Assembly (NCBI GenBank): GCA_041577295.1
Contig: JBFGJG010000003.1
Coordinates: 145,069 to 209,068 of the forward strand
DNA length: 64,000 nucleotides
Source of the DNA: Gemmatimonadales bacterium
GTDB lineage: Bacteria > Gemmatimonadota > Gemmatimonadetes > Gemmatimonadales > GWC2-71-9
Reading direction: 5' to 3'
The notes beneath the pieces were generated by a model. It was not told where the DNA came from. It was given only the letters and a program-made list of their open reading frames with translations, and ran no database searches. The position numbers were made by a program, and so were the translations under genes. Each line of letters opens with the position of its first letter. The first letter of the stretch is position 1. Below, piece by piece: positions 28,222-38,608 of the stretch.

Positions 28222-31200
28222 TCACGCCAGATTCAACGATAGTTGCGATGGGTGAGGATCGCGGGGCTCGACGCCGGGGCACCATCCAACTGCTCGATAC
28301 CCGCAGAACCGGCATTCGGCCGGGTGATCGGTCAGCCGCTTGTCCCCTTGCCCTATCGCTTGGAGGTCGTCCTGAATGGCCTGCGATGAGGCCTCACGCG
28401 CGGCGTCGTCGATTGGCGCGCTGACGTGCACGCTCGGGCGAGAGAAGTGAAACGCAAAGCGCGCAACCCGCTTGCTCGAAATCGCCTCTGCTGCCGTCAC
28501 GTAGACATCGCGCTGCCGCAGGAACCGCGCGGCTCTGTCGCGGGCGGCTCCGGCGTCCACCGACGACGTCTTGACGTCGAGGAGAACGATCTGCGGTGGT
28601 TCCACCGCCGCCAAATCGATCGCACCTTCGAAAAAGACGTCCGGACTCTGGATGTGTAGAAAGCGCAATTCACGCCGCGCCGTGGGATTGCCGGCAACCC
28701 GGCGATAATCGGTGTTTTCGGTAACCTGGGTAATCTCTGCACGCAGCATCGAGCGATAGCGTCGCCCCTCAGGTTGCTCTGGTGTGGGCGCGTCGGGGTC
28801 GCAACGGTAGATGGCATCTTCGAGCAGTCGATCGAGGTCATCGCGCTCGCGAAGATGCTCGAGCACGTCATGCACAATTCTTCCGCGGGTCACGGCATCG
28901 ATGAACTCAGCGGATGTCCTGTCCACCTCGGGCTCACGCACACCGACAACGTATTTGAACCAGTGGCGGCGCGGGCACCGGCTGAAGGTGAGGAGCTGTG
29001 TCGCCGAGTGTCGCGGCCGCCCGGATACGAGCGCAACGTCCGGCAACGGCGGTGCCAACACCGAAGCGGGTTCGACAGTGGGAACCGGAGTGGGCGCTGG
29101 GCGTGCGGCGAGACGGTCCAGCACCGTTGGATCCCCGAGACGCACGCGTCCTTCATACCGTAACCCGTGATGGGACTCGTAGGCAAAGGTCGCCCCATTT
29201 TCGCAGCGAACCGGACCGAGAACGCTCCAAAGGTGATCACCAACCGTGGAACGGAAGTCTCTGGTTGCGCGACCCTGGCGAAGTCCGGACACGATGAGAC
29301 GTCGTTTGGCTCGAGTCGCCGCGACGTACCACAGGCGCTTACGCTCCGCGGAATCCTCGGTAGCGAGCTCATCACGGATCTCGCGCCATGCAACGGGCGC
29401 CTGCTGAGCATCGAGCTCGGCCCCTTTGAGCGAGAGGCTAGTACGGCCTATGAGCAAGTTCTTGTTGTCCCGAAACCGTGCCATCCTTGCCATATCGCAC
29501 CAGAAAACCACATCCCATTCAAGTCCCTTGGCACTGTGGATGGTCGTAATCGTCGCGGCGTCGGCCGGGGGGACCTGCGGAACGTCGCTGTCGTCCGTGC
29601 CGGCCTTTCGCACATCGCTCACGATCCTGAGGAATTCACCGAGGGTCTGGTGCCCCATCGTCTGAACGAGACGCACGAACCGCTCGACGTTTGCCAGACT
29701 CTGGAACCGGTGCGGACCCAGCAATCGTAAGTGGGCCAGATATCCGGTTTGGTCGAACAGCGTCTCGAGGAGCTCGTCGAGTGGCACGCGATCGCGCAGT
29801 CGGCCGAGCCGCTCGAGAAGTGCTACGCCCCACATCAACAATTCTTGCTCGCGGGTGCGCACCGAGTGGAGTGATGGCCAGTACGGTGCCGGAGTCTGAC
29901 GGGCGAGGTCGAGGAGGGTTGCATCCTCGAGCCCGACGAACGGGCTGCGCAGAAACCCGATCAGAGCACGGTCGTCGTACGGGTCACGGATCGTTTCGAG
30001 CGCGATGATAAGATCGACGATCTCGCGTTGTTCGAAGAATCGCGTCGGCTTGAGGGTAATCGCCTTGCCACCGACGCCTTCGATGGCTTGCAGGTGCGTC
30101 GCTGCGGTCGCCCAGGTCGGAACCAGGATAGCGATCGCTCCCCACTCGGTCTCGCCCGTCTCCACGAGTTCCCGCGCGCGATTCGCGACTGCGTGAGCTT
30201 CGATCGCCCGGACGTCTTCGCTCAGGAAGTCGCTCCCATCGGGGCGCGTCGGAACGACGATGAGCTCCACGGGAACACCCTCCGCCTGCTTTGCTTCCGC
30301 GATCTCCAGGGGGTAGTACGGCGTCTCACACGGACGACGGTCGGATCCATCCAGCGGCTCATCGAGGAGCGCCCCCACCGTGTGATCGACAAACCCCAAG
30401 ATCGCCCCACTACTCCGAAAGTTGTCTGCCACAGTGATGACGCTCCCCAACCCTCGACGAAAATCGTGTTCGACCGCGGACCACGCCGTCACGTCAGCAC
30501 GGCGAAACCGGTAGATACTCTGTTTGGCATCGCCCACCAACATGAGCGTTGGTGTCTTGGCTTGCCGGAGCGAGGGATCGCCTATGAGATACGCGATCTC
30601 CTTCTGAACCGGGTCGACGTCTTGGAATTCGTCGATAATCAGCGTGTGGATCGTGCGTCGGAGTGCGGTGAGCGCCTCCACATCCCTCGCCAGCAGGTCA
30701 CGCGTTCGGACGATGATCCGATCGAAGTCAATGACCCCCCGTTCATCGAGCCGTGTGTCGAGCATCGCGGACGCCCGCTCCGCTAGCGAGAGCAACGCGC
30801 GCTCGCTCGCTGGGAATTCATCGCGACGGGCGAGCAGATCACCGAGTCGATCGAGATCGCTGAGGAGATCGAGGACAAACCGCTCGACCTCTCGAACGGA
30901 CCAGTCAGCGAGCAGCTCATCGACGTCGGAGGAGTCAGCACGTTCGAGCGCCGCGACGAGGGTGTCCCGCACTGCTTGCGCTGTGAGGCCCACCATCGTG
31001 GGTTCATCGAGCACCTCTTGTCGCGGACTCGCACCCGAGCGCAACGCGAACCGGCGCAAGACATCGCTGCAGAACGCGTGGATCGTCCCGATCCGCGCAT
31101 TGTCAACCGCATACGCCTCCCGCGGCCTCCCAGCATCTCGCAGCGCGCGCCGTACCCTCTGCTTGAGATCAGCCGCCGCAGCGTTGGTGAAGGTGATGGC

Positions 31201-31377
31201 CACCAGATCCGACAACTGGACCGGATGCTCAAACACCACCCCGTTGATCTCCACCCCCAGGAGGAAGAGGATCCGGCCGACGACGGTGCGCGTTTTGCCC
31301 GTGCCAGCACCTGCCGAAACGAGGACATGCCGGTCTGTGGTGCGAACCGCGTCCCACTGCCTTGGCGTGAACTTCAC
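28222..31377 (-). CDS. addA: AddA-like UvrD helicase with C-terminal PD-(D/E)XK nuclease
   Basis: AGAGTGKT, DEFQD, VGDAKQSIYRFRRAD, NFRS, TIHSAKGLE, YVAATRA; nuclease GAIDL/DVKT. Start GTG 31377 overlaps the addB stop. Confidence 0.88.
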   Translation of the reverse strand: MKFTPRQWDAVRTTDRHVLVSAGAGTGKTRTVVGRILFLLGVEINGVVFEHPVQLSDLVAITFTNAAAADLKQRVRRALRDAGRPREAYAVDNARIGTIHAFCSDVLRRFALRSGASPRQEVLDEPTMVGLTAQAVRDTLVAALERADSSDVDELLADWSVREVERFVLDLLSDLDRLGDLLARRDEFPASERALLSLAERASAMLDTRLDERGVIDFDRIIVRTRDLLARDVEALTALRRTIHTLIIDEFQDVDPVQKEIAYLIGDPSLRQAKTPTLMLVGDAKQSIYRFRRADVTAWSAVEHDFRRGLGSVITVADNFRSSGAILGFVDHTVGALLDEPLDGSDRRPCETPYYPLEIAEAKQAEGVPVELIVVPTRPDGSDFLSEDVRAIEAHAVANRARELVETGETEWGAIAILVPTWATAATHLQAIEGVGGKAITLKPTRFFEQREIVDLIIALETIRDPYDDRALIGFLRSPFVGLEDATLLDLARQTPAPYWPSLHSVRTREQELLMWGVALLERLGRLRDRVPLDELLETLFDQTGYLAHLRLLGPHRFQSLANVERFVRLVQTMGHQTLGEFLRIVSDVRKAGTDDSDVPQVPPADAATITTIHSAKGLEWDVVFWCDMARMARFRDNKNLLIGRTSLSLKGAELDAQQAPVAWREIRDELATEDSAERKRLWYVAATRAKRRLIVSGLRQGRATRDFRSTVGDHLWSVLGPVRCENGATFAYESHHGLRYEGRVRLGDPTVLDRLAARPAPTPVPTVEPASVLAPPLPDVALVSGRPRHSATQLLTFSRCPRRHWFKYVVGVREPEVDRTSAEFIDAVTRGRIVHDVLEHLRERDDLDRLLEDAIYRCDPDAPTPEQPEGRRYRSMLRAEITQVTENTDYRRVAGNPTARRELRFLHIQSPDVFFEGAIDLAAVEPPQIVLLDVKTSSVDAGAARDRAARFLRQRDVYVTAAEAISSKRVARFAFHFSRPSVHVSAPIDDAAREASSQAIQDDLQAIGQGDKRLTDHPAECRFCGYRAVGWCPGVEPRDPHPSQLSLNLA

Positions 31378-34300
31378 CGCCACGTTTCCTTCGTCTTGGG
31401 TCCTCCCGGTGTGCGGCAGATGTCCCAGGCGTGACAGTAGTGTGGGCACAAACAAGACGGTGGCGGTTCTGCGGGAAACACACCGTTCCGTACCCGACGC
31501 ACCAGCGCTGGCACCCGCTCGAGCGCTCGTTCCATTTTCGCCAGCTCCCGTTGATTGGGATGACGGATGCCCTGCTTCGGGTTCACCTGGTGAAGGTCGA
31601 GTTGATGCACGCGGGCCCGCTCCACAAGCGCGCGGTACTCGATGCGGGCCACGCGGGCACCTTCGACGAGCTGCTCGAGCGCATGCGCGTAGAGCGGTAG
31701 CTGGAGCACCACACCTTCTTCCCACGCTCCTTTGTCTCCCATTCCGGGCGTTGACAACTTGCTGGTCTTATAATCGACGGCTGCCATGAACCGTCCCGCA
31801 TCGGCAATGCGCGGGTCGACACCAATCTCCACCCGATCGATCGCCCCGCGATACTCGAACCGCACGCCGTCACGTTCCAACACGGCGTGGTCGAACCACC
31901 GCTCGTGAAGTGCGACCGCGGTGCGGATCATGAGCGGCGCCGTCCGTTTCCGCGGATTGTGCATATCCTCGTGGAGCTGAATCTCCCACTCGAGATAGCG
32001 ACGAAGCAGCCGGAGCAGCTCGGCACGCTTGGCACGCCGAAGCACGGGTGCTCCCAGCCATGCGGTCGTGCGGAATGCGTCGAGCGAGGCGTCCATGGCG
32101 GCGGTCAGCTCCGTGTCCATCCAGGCGCCCGCGTCCCGGTCGAGCACGACGGGACGCCCGCCGTTTCGCATCACCGCGGCGCGGTAAAAACGGGCGAGCG
32201 TGTCGTGCAACAGTGAGCCTCGAACCGCAGGCTCCATCTCGTCATCGGGATCTTCGAGCTTCTCGACTCGCAGGAGCCGTCCGGAAAAGAACGCCCAGGG
32301 ACACCTCGCGTAGGACTCGAGCTGCGTTGGGCTCCACAGGTGGTGATCGCCAAACTGCTCGGCCAGCCACGCGCGGAGCTCCGGATCTTCCACGTACCCT
32401 GTGTACGGTGAGGGCACTCCATGCGTACGAATCGCCTCGATCCGCGCCGCCCGTACGGCTTGTTCAGCGGCCTGCGGAGTGCGCAGGAGCGGCATCGCTT
32501 CAGTGATCAGGGAGTGCGGATCGACGGCGGCGCGCGTCTCCGTGGCTACGGTGACCAACGCGTCGACAAACGACGACCGGGAGACCTCCTGGCCTGCAGC
32601 GTTCAATCTCGGAAAGCTGAGAGTCAATCCGTCGCGAGCGCTCGCCACGAGGACGCGAAACAAGTTTCGCTCACGGGCGTCCCAATCGTCCCGAGTGTCC
32701 AGCGGTAAGCCTGCAGCGACCCAGTCCGCTCGCTCCGACTCCTCGCTCAACGGTGAGCCCGGGGCCGGTAGTGGGAACTGTCCCTCACTCATGCCGACGA
32801 GAAAGACATGATCGAAGCTGCGATACGCGGCCGCTAGCGCCTCGAGCACCCGCACGCCGCGGGGCGACTCGGACCAGATGCCGACATCCCCTGCGAGCAT
32901 CTCGGTCAGGCGCCCTGAGAACCGGGCTATCGTCAGTTGTTCCTCGGCGCCACCCCAGGTTGCGATCGCACGTTGCCACTCTTCTAAGATTTGAGTGAAT
33001 CCGCGCCATCCCGTGATATCACGCTTCGCGACGTCGAACCGATCCTCTGGCACGGCATAGATCCGCTCCTGGATCCGCCACGGGTCCTCACGCAACCAAT
33101 CGACCAAGCCGCCAAGCCACTCACCCAGCGTGCGTGGGGCTTCGAGCACGATCGCGCGCTCAGCAAATGCGGCAAAGTTGCGTCGTGCGGCGATCACGCG
33201 GGTGACCGGAGGAGGCGGTTGCTCGCGACGCTCCTTGGCGGTGTCGCGCTCCATCTCATGGCGGTCCGCTTCCGACTCAAGGCCTCCCAGGGCGTTAGCC
33301 CAAGCGCTCAGCCCACGCATCCGCCGCCGAAAACCGATGTAGTTAAGGACCCGCGAGTCGAGTTGATGCGCGAAATATGGGAGGTCCGCGAGTTCGACGA
33401 GTGTCGGACGCGACCAGCCGTCTGCCGCGGCGCGGTAAAGGGCAAGCACCGCTCGTACTACTGGGATCTCTCGATAGGAAAGACGACGCCGTGCACTGGC
33501 GGGAACGCCATACCGGTGCAGCGCGCGGAGGACGTACTCCACGTACGGTCGTGCCTGACGCGCCACCACTGCGATCCGATGCAGCGGCACACCCTGGTCC
33601 GCAAGCGCGCGGATGCGGCGGCCCACCTCCCCCAGCTCTCGCTCGACCGTACGTGCTTCCACCGTAATGACGTGGGTCCCGCCCGGCTCCTCATCGTCAA
33701 AGAGATGGGACGCTGACGATTCTCTCCCTTCCACGGAGTGTGTCTCGACATGGAGCCCGTCGCCAAGGGGAAGCGCATCGGAGCTGTAGATGACGATCCG
33801 GTCGAGCGCCCTGTTTGCCGCCAACGTGTTGAGAAGAACCCGCCACCCACCACGGGGATCGGCCAGCCCCACGATGCGAATTTCTCGCCGCCCCCCTAAT
33901 CGCTGGGCAAGCCCAGAGGGATCGGCGTGGATTGCTCGAGCACAGTCGACGAGGGTGTCTCGTCCGTCTCGTAGGCCGGATCGTTCCAGCGCTTGGACGT
34001 ATCGGCGGTAGATGGCCACCAGCTCCCGGTTCCGCGCACCGGTGAACACGTCGATCGACGCAGGAGCCGTTACCGCCTGCGCCAATTGATCCGGCGTCAC
34101 GTCCTCCGCAATGAGGTCGCCCAGCAGCTGCTCAAGTGCCGGAAGAAGATCATCGAGTCGTCGCGCGCGCAGAAAGACGTCTGTGCCAACCTGGCGCACG
34201 ATCTTCCCCAGGAGCGCCGCTCGGGCGAAGTCACCGCACGGTGCGCGGTCAGTACAACCGAGCCATTCGGGAAGCTCGTGAAAAACACATAGGGGGGGAT

Positions 34301-34499
34301 CGAACCAACCCGGAATGCCTCGCTGCCCGGCTAACGCGATCAGATCGTCGCGGAGACCACCTTGGCGCAGGACGAGGACATAGTCCGGTGAGGGAAAAGG
34401 TTGTTGCTCGGTCGCTGCGACGGGGGCGAGGAAACTCTCTGCCGCTAGCTCCAGCAGCTGCAGCGGGTCGCGACCAACGACCTGCACGATGCGGGCCAT
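31374..34499 (-). CDS. addB: AddB-like inactive-helicase / PD-(D/E)XK nuclease subunit
   Basis: SPTQLESYARCP, GSLLH, GAIDRVE, VDYKT, QLPLY, C-terminal Cys cluster; directly upstream of addA. Confidence 0.85.
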   Translation of the reverse strand: MARIVQVVGRDPLQLLELAAESFLAPVAATEQQPFPSPDYVLVLRQGGLRDDLIALAGQRGIPGWFDPPLCVFHELPEWLGCTDRAPCGDFARAALLGKIVRQVGTDVFLRARRLDDLLPALEQLLGDLIAEDVTPDQLAQAVTAPASIDVFTGARNRELVAIYRRYVQALERSGLRDGRDTLVDCARAIHADPSGLAQRLGGRREIRIVGLADPRGGWRVLLNTLAANRALDRIVIYSSDALPLGDGLHVETHSVEGRESSASHLFDDEEPGGTHVITVEARTVERELGEVGRRIRALADQGVPLHRIAVVARQARPYVEYVLRALHRYGVPASARRRLSYREIPVVRAVLALYRAAADGWSRPTLVELADLPYFAHQLDSRVLNYIGFRRRMRGLSAWANALGGLESEADRHEMERDTAKERREQPPPPVTRVIAARRNFAAFAERAIVLEAPRTLGEWLGGLVDWLREDPWRIQERIYAVPEDRFDVAKRDITGWRGFTQILEEWQRAIATWGGAEEQLTIARFSGRLTEMLAGDVGIWSESPRGVRVLEALAAAYRSFDHVFLVGMSEGQFPLPAPGSPLSEESERADWVAAGLPLDTRDDWDARERNLFRVLVASARDGLTLSFPRLNAAGQEVSRSSFVDALVTVATETRAAVDPHSLITEAMPLLRTPQAAEQAVRAARIEAIRTHGVPSPYTGYVEDPELRAWLAEQFGDHHLWSPTQLESYARCPWAFFSGRLLRVEKLEDPDDEMEPAVRGSLLHDTLARFYRAAVMRNGGRPVVLDRDAGAWMDTELTAAMDASLDAFRTTAWLGAPVLRRAKRAELLRLLRRYLEWEIQLHEDMHNPRKRTAPLMIRTAVALHERWFDHAVLERDGVRFEYRGAIDRVEIGVDPRIADAGRFMAAVDYKTSKLSTPGMGDKGAWEEGVVLQLPLYAHALEQLVEGARVARIEYRALVERARVHQLDLHQVNPKQGIRHPNQRELAKMERALERVPALVRRVRNGVFPAEPPPSCLCPHYCHAWDICRTPGGPKTKETWR

Positions 34500-34590
34500 G
34501 TGCGTTGTAGTGTAGTGCGAGGACTGAACCCCCGGTAGGCCGTCCGCCAGCCGGGGGAAGCGCCCCCGTCAGCCTGTGCAGGAGACTACA

Positions 34591-36414
34591 TCACGTCTGG
34601 ACGCTCTCAGGACGTTGCCGCGCGTATACCCGAGCTTGCTTCAGCCACTCGTCTCGGATCCGTCGCGGTGGTATCCGAACTTCTCTGGCGACTTCTACGA
34701 TGTCGTCAGCGGTCCAGCGTGCGATGTCGTCAAACGTGAGGCACCCAATGCTGTTGAGTTTTCGTTCGAGCGCCGGGCCGATCCCCCGAATCCGTTTGAG
34801 ATTGTCTTTCGCCGAGCGCGACAGAGCTTGCGATGGGCCTCCCGATGCACGTGATCGCCTGGCGCGCGGCTGCATCTGCGATACTCGGCGTCTGAGGCGC
34901 GCCAACTCGCGCGTTCGCCGCTGCAACGTGGCCTTGTGCTCGGCACGGAGCGCCGCAAACTCTGCGCGAAGGTCTTCGGATTCGCGGGCTTGCTCCTGTC
35001 CCGCGCGCAGCAGTTCATCTCGCTCCTCAATGGTCTGCGCGTATTGCTCCTCGAGGTCCTGCAGGCGTTGTCGCAGCTCGTCGGCGGTTGTCGTCTGTCG
35101 ATCCGCGCCGACCCGCTGTGCCTCCAGTGTCTGCACCTGTTGCTTCAGACCCTCGATCTCCTCCGTTTTGACTGCGATGGCCTCCGCAACGCGGGTCTCA
35201 CCTTCCTTGCGTGCACGTACCGTGTCGCCTTGTTGCGCCTCGAGTGCCACCTCGAGCTCGTGGATCCGTTCACTTCGCCGCCGCAGCCGCTCCCCGAGGG
35301 GCGCCAACTCGCCGATCCGCATCCGGAGACGCTGGATCTCTTGTCCCGAGTCACTGGTGCGCGCTTTGTCCTGACGCTCCAACTCGCTGACCCGCGCTTC
35401 CCGTTCGCGCAGCCGCTGTTCCATGGACTCGAATTCTGCGAGTTGCTTCTCGAGAAATTCGAGTTCCTGGATCCGCTCTTCGCGATCCGCGATCCGCTGC
35501 CGGAGCGGCTCCAATTCGCCCAGGCGATCCTGGAGCGCTTCGATCTGCGCTTCCTGCGTTTCGATCCTGAGCCTGTGTTCTTGCTCCACTCGTCGCTGCT
35601 CGTCGCTTTGCTCCCGCAGCCTGGCCGTGAGCTCCTCGACCTGCTCCTCTCGCTCGGCGAGCCGGGCGACGAGCGGTTCCAACACGGCAAGCCGTCGCCG
35701 GAACGATTCGATGCGCGCATCCTTGTGGGCCACCGTGCCCTGATGTTCCTGCGCGAGCCGTTGAATTCGAAGCTCCCGGCTCTCCAATTCCGCCTTGAGA
35801 CTTGCGATCTGTTCGAGTGCCTTATCGCGTTGTGCCAACTGCTCGACCAATGGCTCAAGGTCAGCGATGCGGGCGTGCAATTCCTCGAGTTCGCGATCTT
35901 TGGACGCAACGAGCTCCCGATACTCCGCATGGGCCGCTTCGAGTCGCTCCTCCCACGTGGCTGCCTCTGCCGCGAGCCCCTCCAGTCGGCGAATTCGGAC
36001 ATCCCGCTCCGCCAACTGAACCATCAGCGGCTCCAGCTCGGCTACGCGTTCGCGCAGGCGCTCGACGGTACCGTCTCCTCCATTGCCAAGGAACGGGACG
36101 TTGGCTTGCGACAACTCGCGCTCGAGATCGCTGACTCGGTCGCGCAGCTGGACCATGCCGATCTTGAGCCCGTCGGTGAGGAGATCCTTGGCCTGGAGCT
36201 CGGATTGGAGATCCTTCAGTTCGGAATCGCGTTCTCGGATGCGGCCTTCGAGGAAGGAAATGCGATTGGCTTGTCGTTCGATTTCGCCGCGCGCAACCAT
36301 CGCCTCGATGTAGCGCTGACGGGCCTCCCGCGTCCAAGCCGGCCACGCCGTCAACAGACCGAGGAAGGCGCCAACGACGAGCGACAAAACGACCACGCCA
36401 ACGGTGGTCAGCAC
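34591..36414 (-). CDS. Membrane-anchored long coiled-coil protein with C-terminal helix-hairpin-helix (COG3743/DUF4332-like) domain
   Basis: N-terminal TM; about 450 aa of E/R/L/Q heptads; DNLKRIRGIGPALERKLNSIG...DIARWT. Confidence 0.8.
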   Translation of the reverse strand: MLTTVGVVVLSLVVGAFLGLLTAWPAWTREARQRYIEAMVARGEIERQANRISFLEGRIRERDSELKDLQSELQAKDLLTDGLKIGMVQLRDRVSDLERELSQANVPFLGNGGDGTVERLRERVAELEPLMVQLAERDVRIRRLEGLAAEAATWEERLEAAHAEYRELVASKDRELEELHARIADLEPLVEQLAQRDKALEQIASLKAELESRELRIQRLAQEHQGTVAHKDARIESFRRRLAVLEPLVARLAEREEQVEELTARLREQSDEQRRVEQEHRLRIETQEAQIEALQDRLGELEPLRQRIADREERIQELEFLEKQLAEFESMEQRLREREARVSELERQDKARTSDSGQEIQRLRMRIGELAPLGERLRRRSERIHELEVALEAQQGDTVRARKEGETRVAEAIAVKTEEIEGLKQQVQTLEAQRVGADRQTTTADELRQRLQDLEEQYAQTIEERDELLRAGQEQARESEDLRAEFAALRAEHKATLQRRTRELARLRRRVSQMQPRARRSRASGGPSQALSRSAKDNLKRIRGIGPALERKLNSIGCLTFDDIARWTADDIVEVAREVRIPPRRIRDEWLKQARVYARQRPESVQT

Positions 36415-36652
36415 TCAGTGACTCCGGATGACATGCTCGACCAGATGGCCGACGGCACTGATCGGTCACTGACCGTCAGCTTCATGACCGCGATCCCTCC
36501 CAATCGTATGCGGCGGTACGGCGATGACGGGGTAGCGGGACCGCCGAGGGCTCTCCAGTGAGGCGCTTCGGGTACGCTCCCAAAAAGGAGGTTTACGTCC
36601 CACAACTACCAGAGATACTGCCACAGCATGGGGTCGGACGCAAGACGTGTTG

Positions 36653-36982
36653 CTACGACTCCACAGTTGCCAAACTCAGCGTCACCGTACTGATCTCGTC
36701 ACGTAAGTGTCGAATCAAAAATCCGACGAATGAGCTGAGGAGTTGCCACTCTTCACTGGACGATGCAGACCGCACTTCGGCAACCACGATTCCCCCCAAG
36801 CACTTCTGCAGCTTGATGGAGCCTTTGTACCGCACGTGGACCCAGCGGTCCTGTCCCCGTTTTCGCGTTCCCCGCCGGTGAAGGGTCCCTTGACCTTCCT
36901 GCCGTAACGCCCGCTCCTTCTCGACCAGGAGTGTATAGAGGTCGTCCTCCTGGTCGAGCGGAATGGCAGTCACTGTGATCAT
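36653..36982 (-). CDS. Hypothetical protein
   Basis: 109-aa ORF with natural composition filling the gap; start ATG 36982. Confidence 0.65.
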   Translation of the reverse strand: MITVTAIPLDQEDDLYTLLVEKERALRQEGQGTLHRRGTRKRGQDRWVHVRYKGSIKLQKCLGGIVVAEVRSASSSEEWQLLSSFVGFLIRHLRDEISTVTLSLATVES

Positions 36983-37062
36983 GGCCGGCCCCCAAGGAGA
37001 TGATGGGGCCAAGTGTAGTGCCGTAAACCGCGGGCGGCTAGAGGCACAATGACGCTACGTGA

Positions 37063-38502
37063 TCAGCACCACCGGACTCTCACGCGGTAGGTGATTTTGG
37101 ACTCTGCCCGGGAGGCAATAGGGACCGTGAACTCGAACGTGTGGGCATCGAGCTTTGTCCACTCGTGACTGGACGACAGCAGATCCCAATCACCACCCAC
37201 GGGTTCCACCACTTGGACGGCCACGTCCTCGTCTTTGTGATTCCGCAGGGTGATCTCCCAATTGCTCTCGGAGACACAGCGGCTTACGATGTTGAAGTCC
37301 ATCTGACGGCGGTCCCCCACGACGTCGAAGGCCTCACCGATCTTGATACGCACACGCTCGTCTCTGGGGGTATGATCGATCTGGTCTTCTCCGATGAACT
37401 GCTGTGCCCCCGCGCGATCCGCCTTGTAGACGCGTACGATGCCCTTTGGAAGCGGAACACCCAAACGGTTCTGCTGCGTGTTCTCGAAATCGAGATGCAC
37501 CCCCACCTTCTGATTCGAGATGACCTGCCCGTACGCACCCCGGTAATATTGGGCGGCGCCGTAGAAGATCAGGCGCTTCCGTACCGCGATCCCGGAGCCC
37601 TCGAGCAGGGTCACCTGCTTCTGCTCGTTGTGACGTAACGTCGTAGGTCGCTGCAAGGTGTAGAGGTGATACTCGAAAAAGCTCTGCTCGTCGAACTGGG
37701 GTGCTGCCATCTCGGCCCGCCGCATGGCGTCGGCCTCCATCAAGGCCCGGACCTCGGGGGTCACTCGCTGTACATCACCGGCAACCAACTGTAGCGTCGC
37801 GTTCTCGTACGACGCCCCACTCTGATTGGTCAGCGTCACCCATCCGGTGAGGTCCCCGCGGGTGTCGTCCTCGTTGATGACGAACACGTAATCCGACTTC
37901 CAGTTCAGGCTTCCGGTGAGGTAGGAGACTTCGAGCCGCTGACGCGCGCGGTCACTGTCCAGCAACCACACCAGCGTTGGGTTGGCAATCAGATTGTCGG
38001 GGATCTCGGGGAACGCGAACCGTCCGGGAAAGTTGAAGGTAATCTCGTCACCAATTCTGAGAATCGTCCCCTGATTGACGGACAAGACCTCCGCCTCGAG
38101 CTCCTCATCTCGGCCAGTCTGCTCGTTGTACCGGTAAACCTTGACGGTCCGGCCCACGTATTTCTCGAGCAACTTCTGAGGGTTCAGAAGGTCGTACTGG
38201 TAATTCTGCTCGAGCACGGTGAGCCGGCCAGCGCCGGTCAGCGACCGAATGTGCACCGTCTCGGGCTGAATCTCGGCGGCCACATCGCGAAACTCGAGCG
38301 CCACGCGACCGGTCCCGAGCGTCAGGTTCCGTACCTCGCGGACCAGTCCAAAGTTCTGGTTGTAGACGGTGATCGCGACACTCTCCCGTTCGCTGGCGGT
38401 GGACTGAGAACCTCGCTGTTGCGCGGCGACTGGTAGCGTCGCAACCGTCATTGCGATGACCATCCACCCAATAACAGATATCTGCGTAGGCTGCGTGATC
38501 AT
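37063..38502 (-). CDS. DUF4139 domain secreted protein
   Basis: VAITVYNQNFGLVREVR, YQYDLL, YLTGSLNW, FFEYHLY, PLPKGIVRVY, GEDQIDHTP. Confidence 0.88.
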   Translation of the reverse strand: MITQPTQISVIGWMVIAMTVATLPVAAQQRGSQSTASERESVAITVYNQNFGLVREVRNLTLGTGRVALEFRDVAAEIQPETVHIRSLTGAGRLTVLEQNYQYDLLNPQKLLEKYVGRTVKVYRYNEQTGRDEELEAEVLSVNQGTILRIGDEITFNFPGRFAFPEIPDNLIANPTLVWLLDSDRARQRLEVSYLTGSLNWKSDYVFVINEDDTRGDLTGWVTLTNQSGASYENATLQLVAGDVQRVTPEVRALMEADAMRRAEMAAPQFDEQSFFEYHLYTLQRPTTLRHNEQKQVTLLEGSGIAVRKRLIFYGAAQYYRGAYGQVISNQKVGVHLDFENTQQNRLGVPLPKGIVRVYKADRAGAQQFIGEDQIDHTPRDERVRIKIGEAFDVVGDRRQMDFNIVSRCVSESNWEITLRNHKDEDVAVQVVEPVGGDWDLLSSSHEWTKLDAHTFEFTVPIASRAESKITYRVRVRWC

Positions 38503-38608
38503 GCCCCATCTCCTGGTTAAGGCCCTCCCGCTCGGGAGCGCACGTTCGTCCTCGAAGACGAACGAACGGCCCAGAATTGCACAAAGAGCCACCGTCCGCT
38601 CTGTGCCG

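Noticed and set aside
31378..31725. N-terminal extension of the addA ORF
   Set aside because: Overlaps the addB 3' end with Arg/Ala/Pro-rich noise; the GTGA overlap at 31374-31377 gives a better start.
28222..34499. Cas4-like or defence-system interpretation of the Fe-S PD-(D/E)XK nucleases
   Set aside because: Both nucleases are C-terminal domains of about 1050-aa AddA/AddB-type proteins, and there is no CRISPR array or cas gene in the window.
34591..34810. NADH dehydrogenase subunit E label for the DxLxxIxGIGP tails (also near 38610-38830)
   Set aside because: This HhH-type tail is appended to some NuoE proteins, but there is no 2Fe-2S NuoE domain or nuo gene here.
34936..36561. 541-aa plus-strand ORF
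   Set aside because: Antisense shadow of the coiled-coil gene. Its Leu/Phe-rich sequence is the reverse complement of Glu/Gln/Lys codons and has no motifs.
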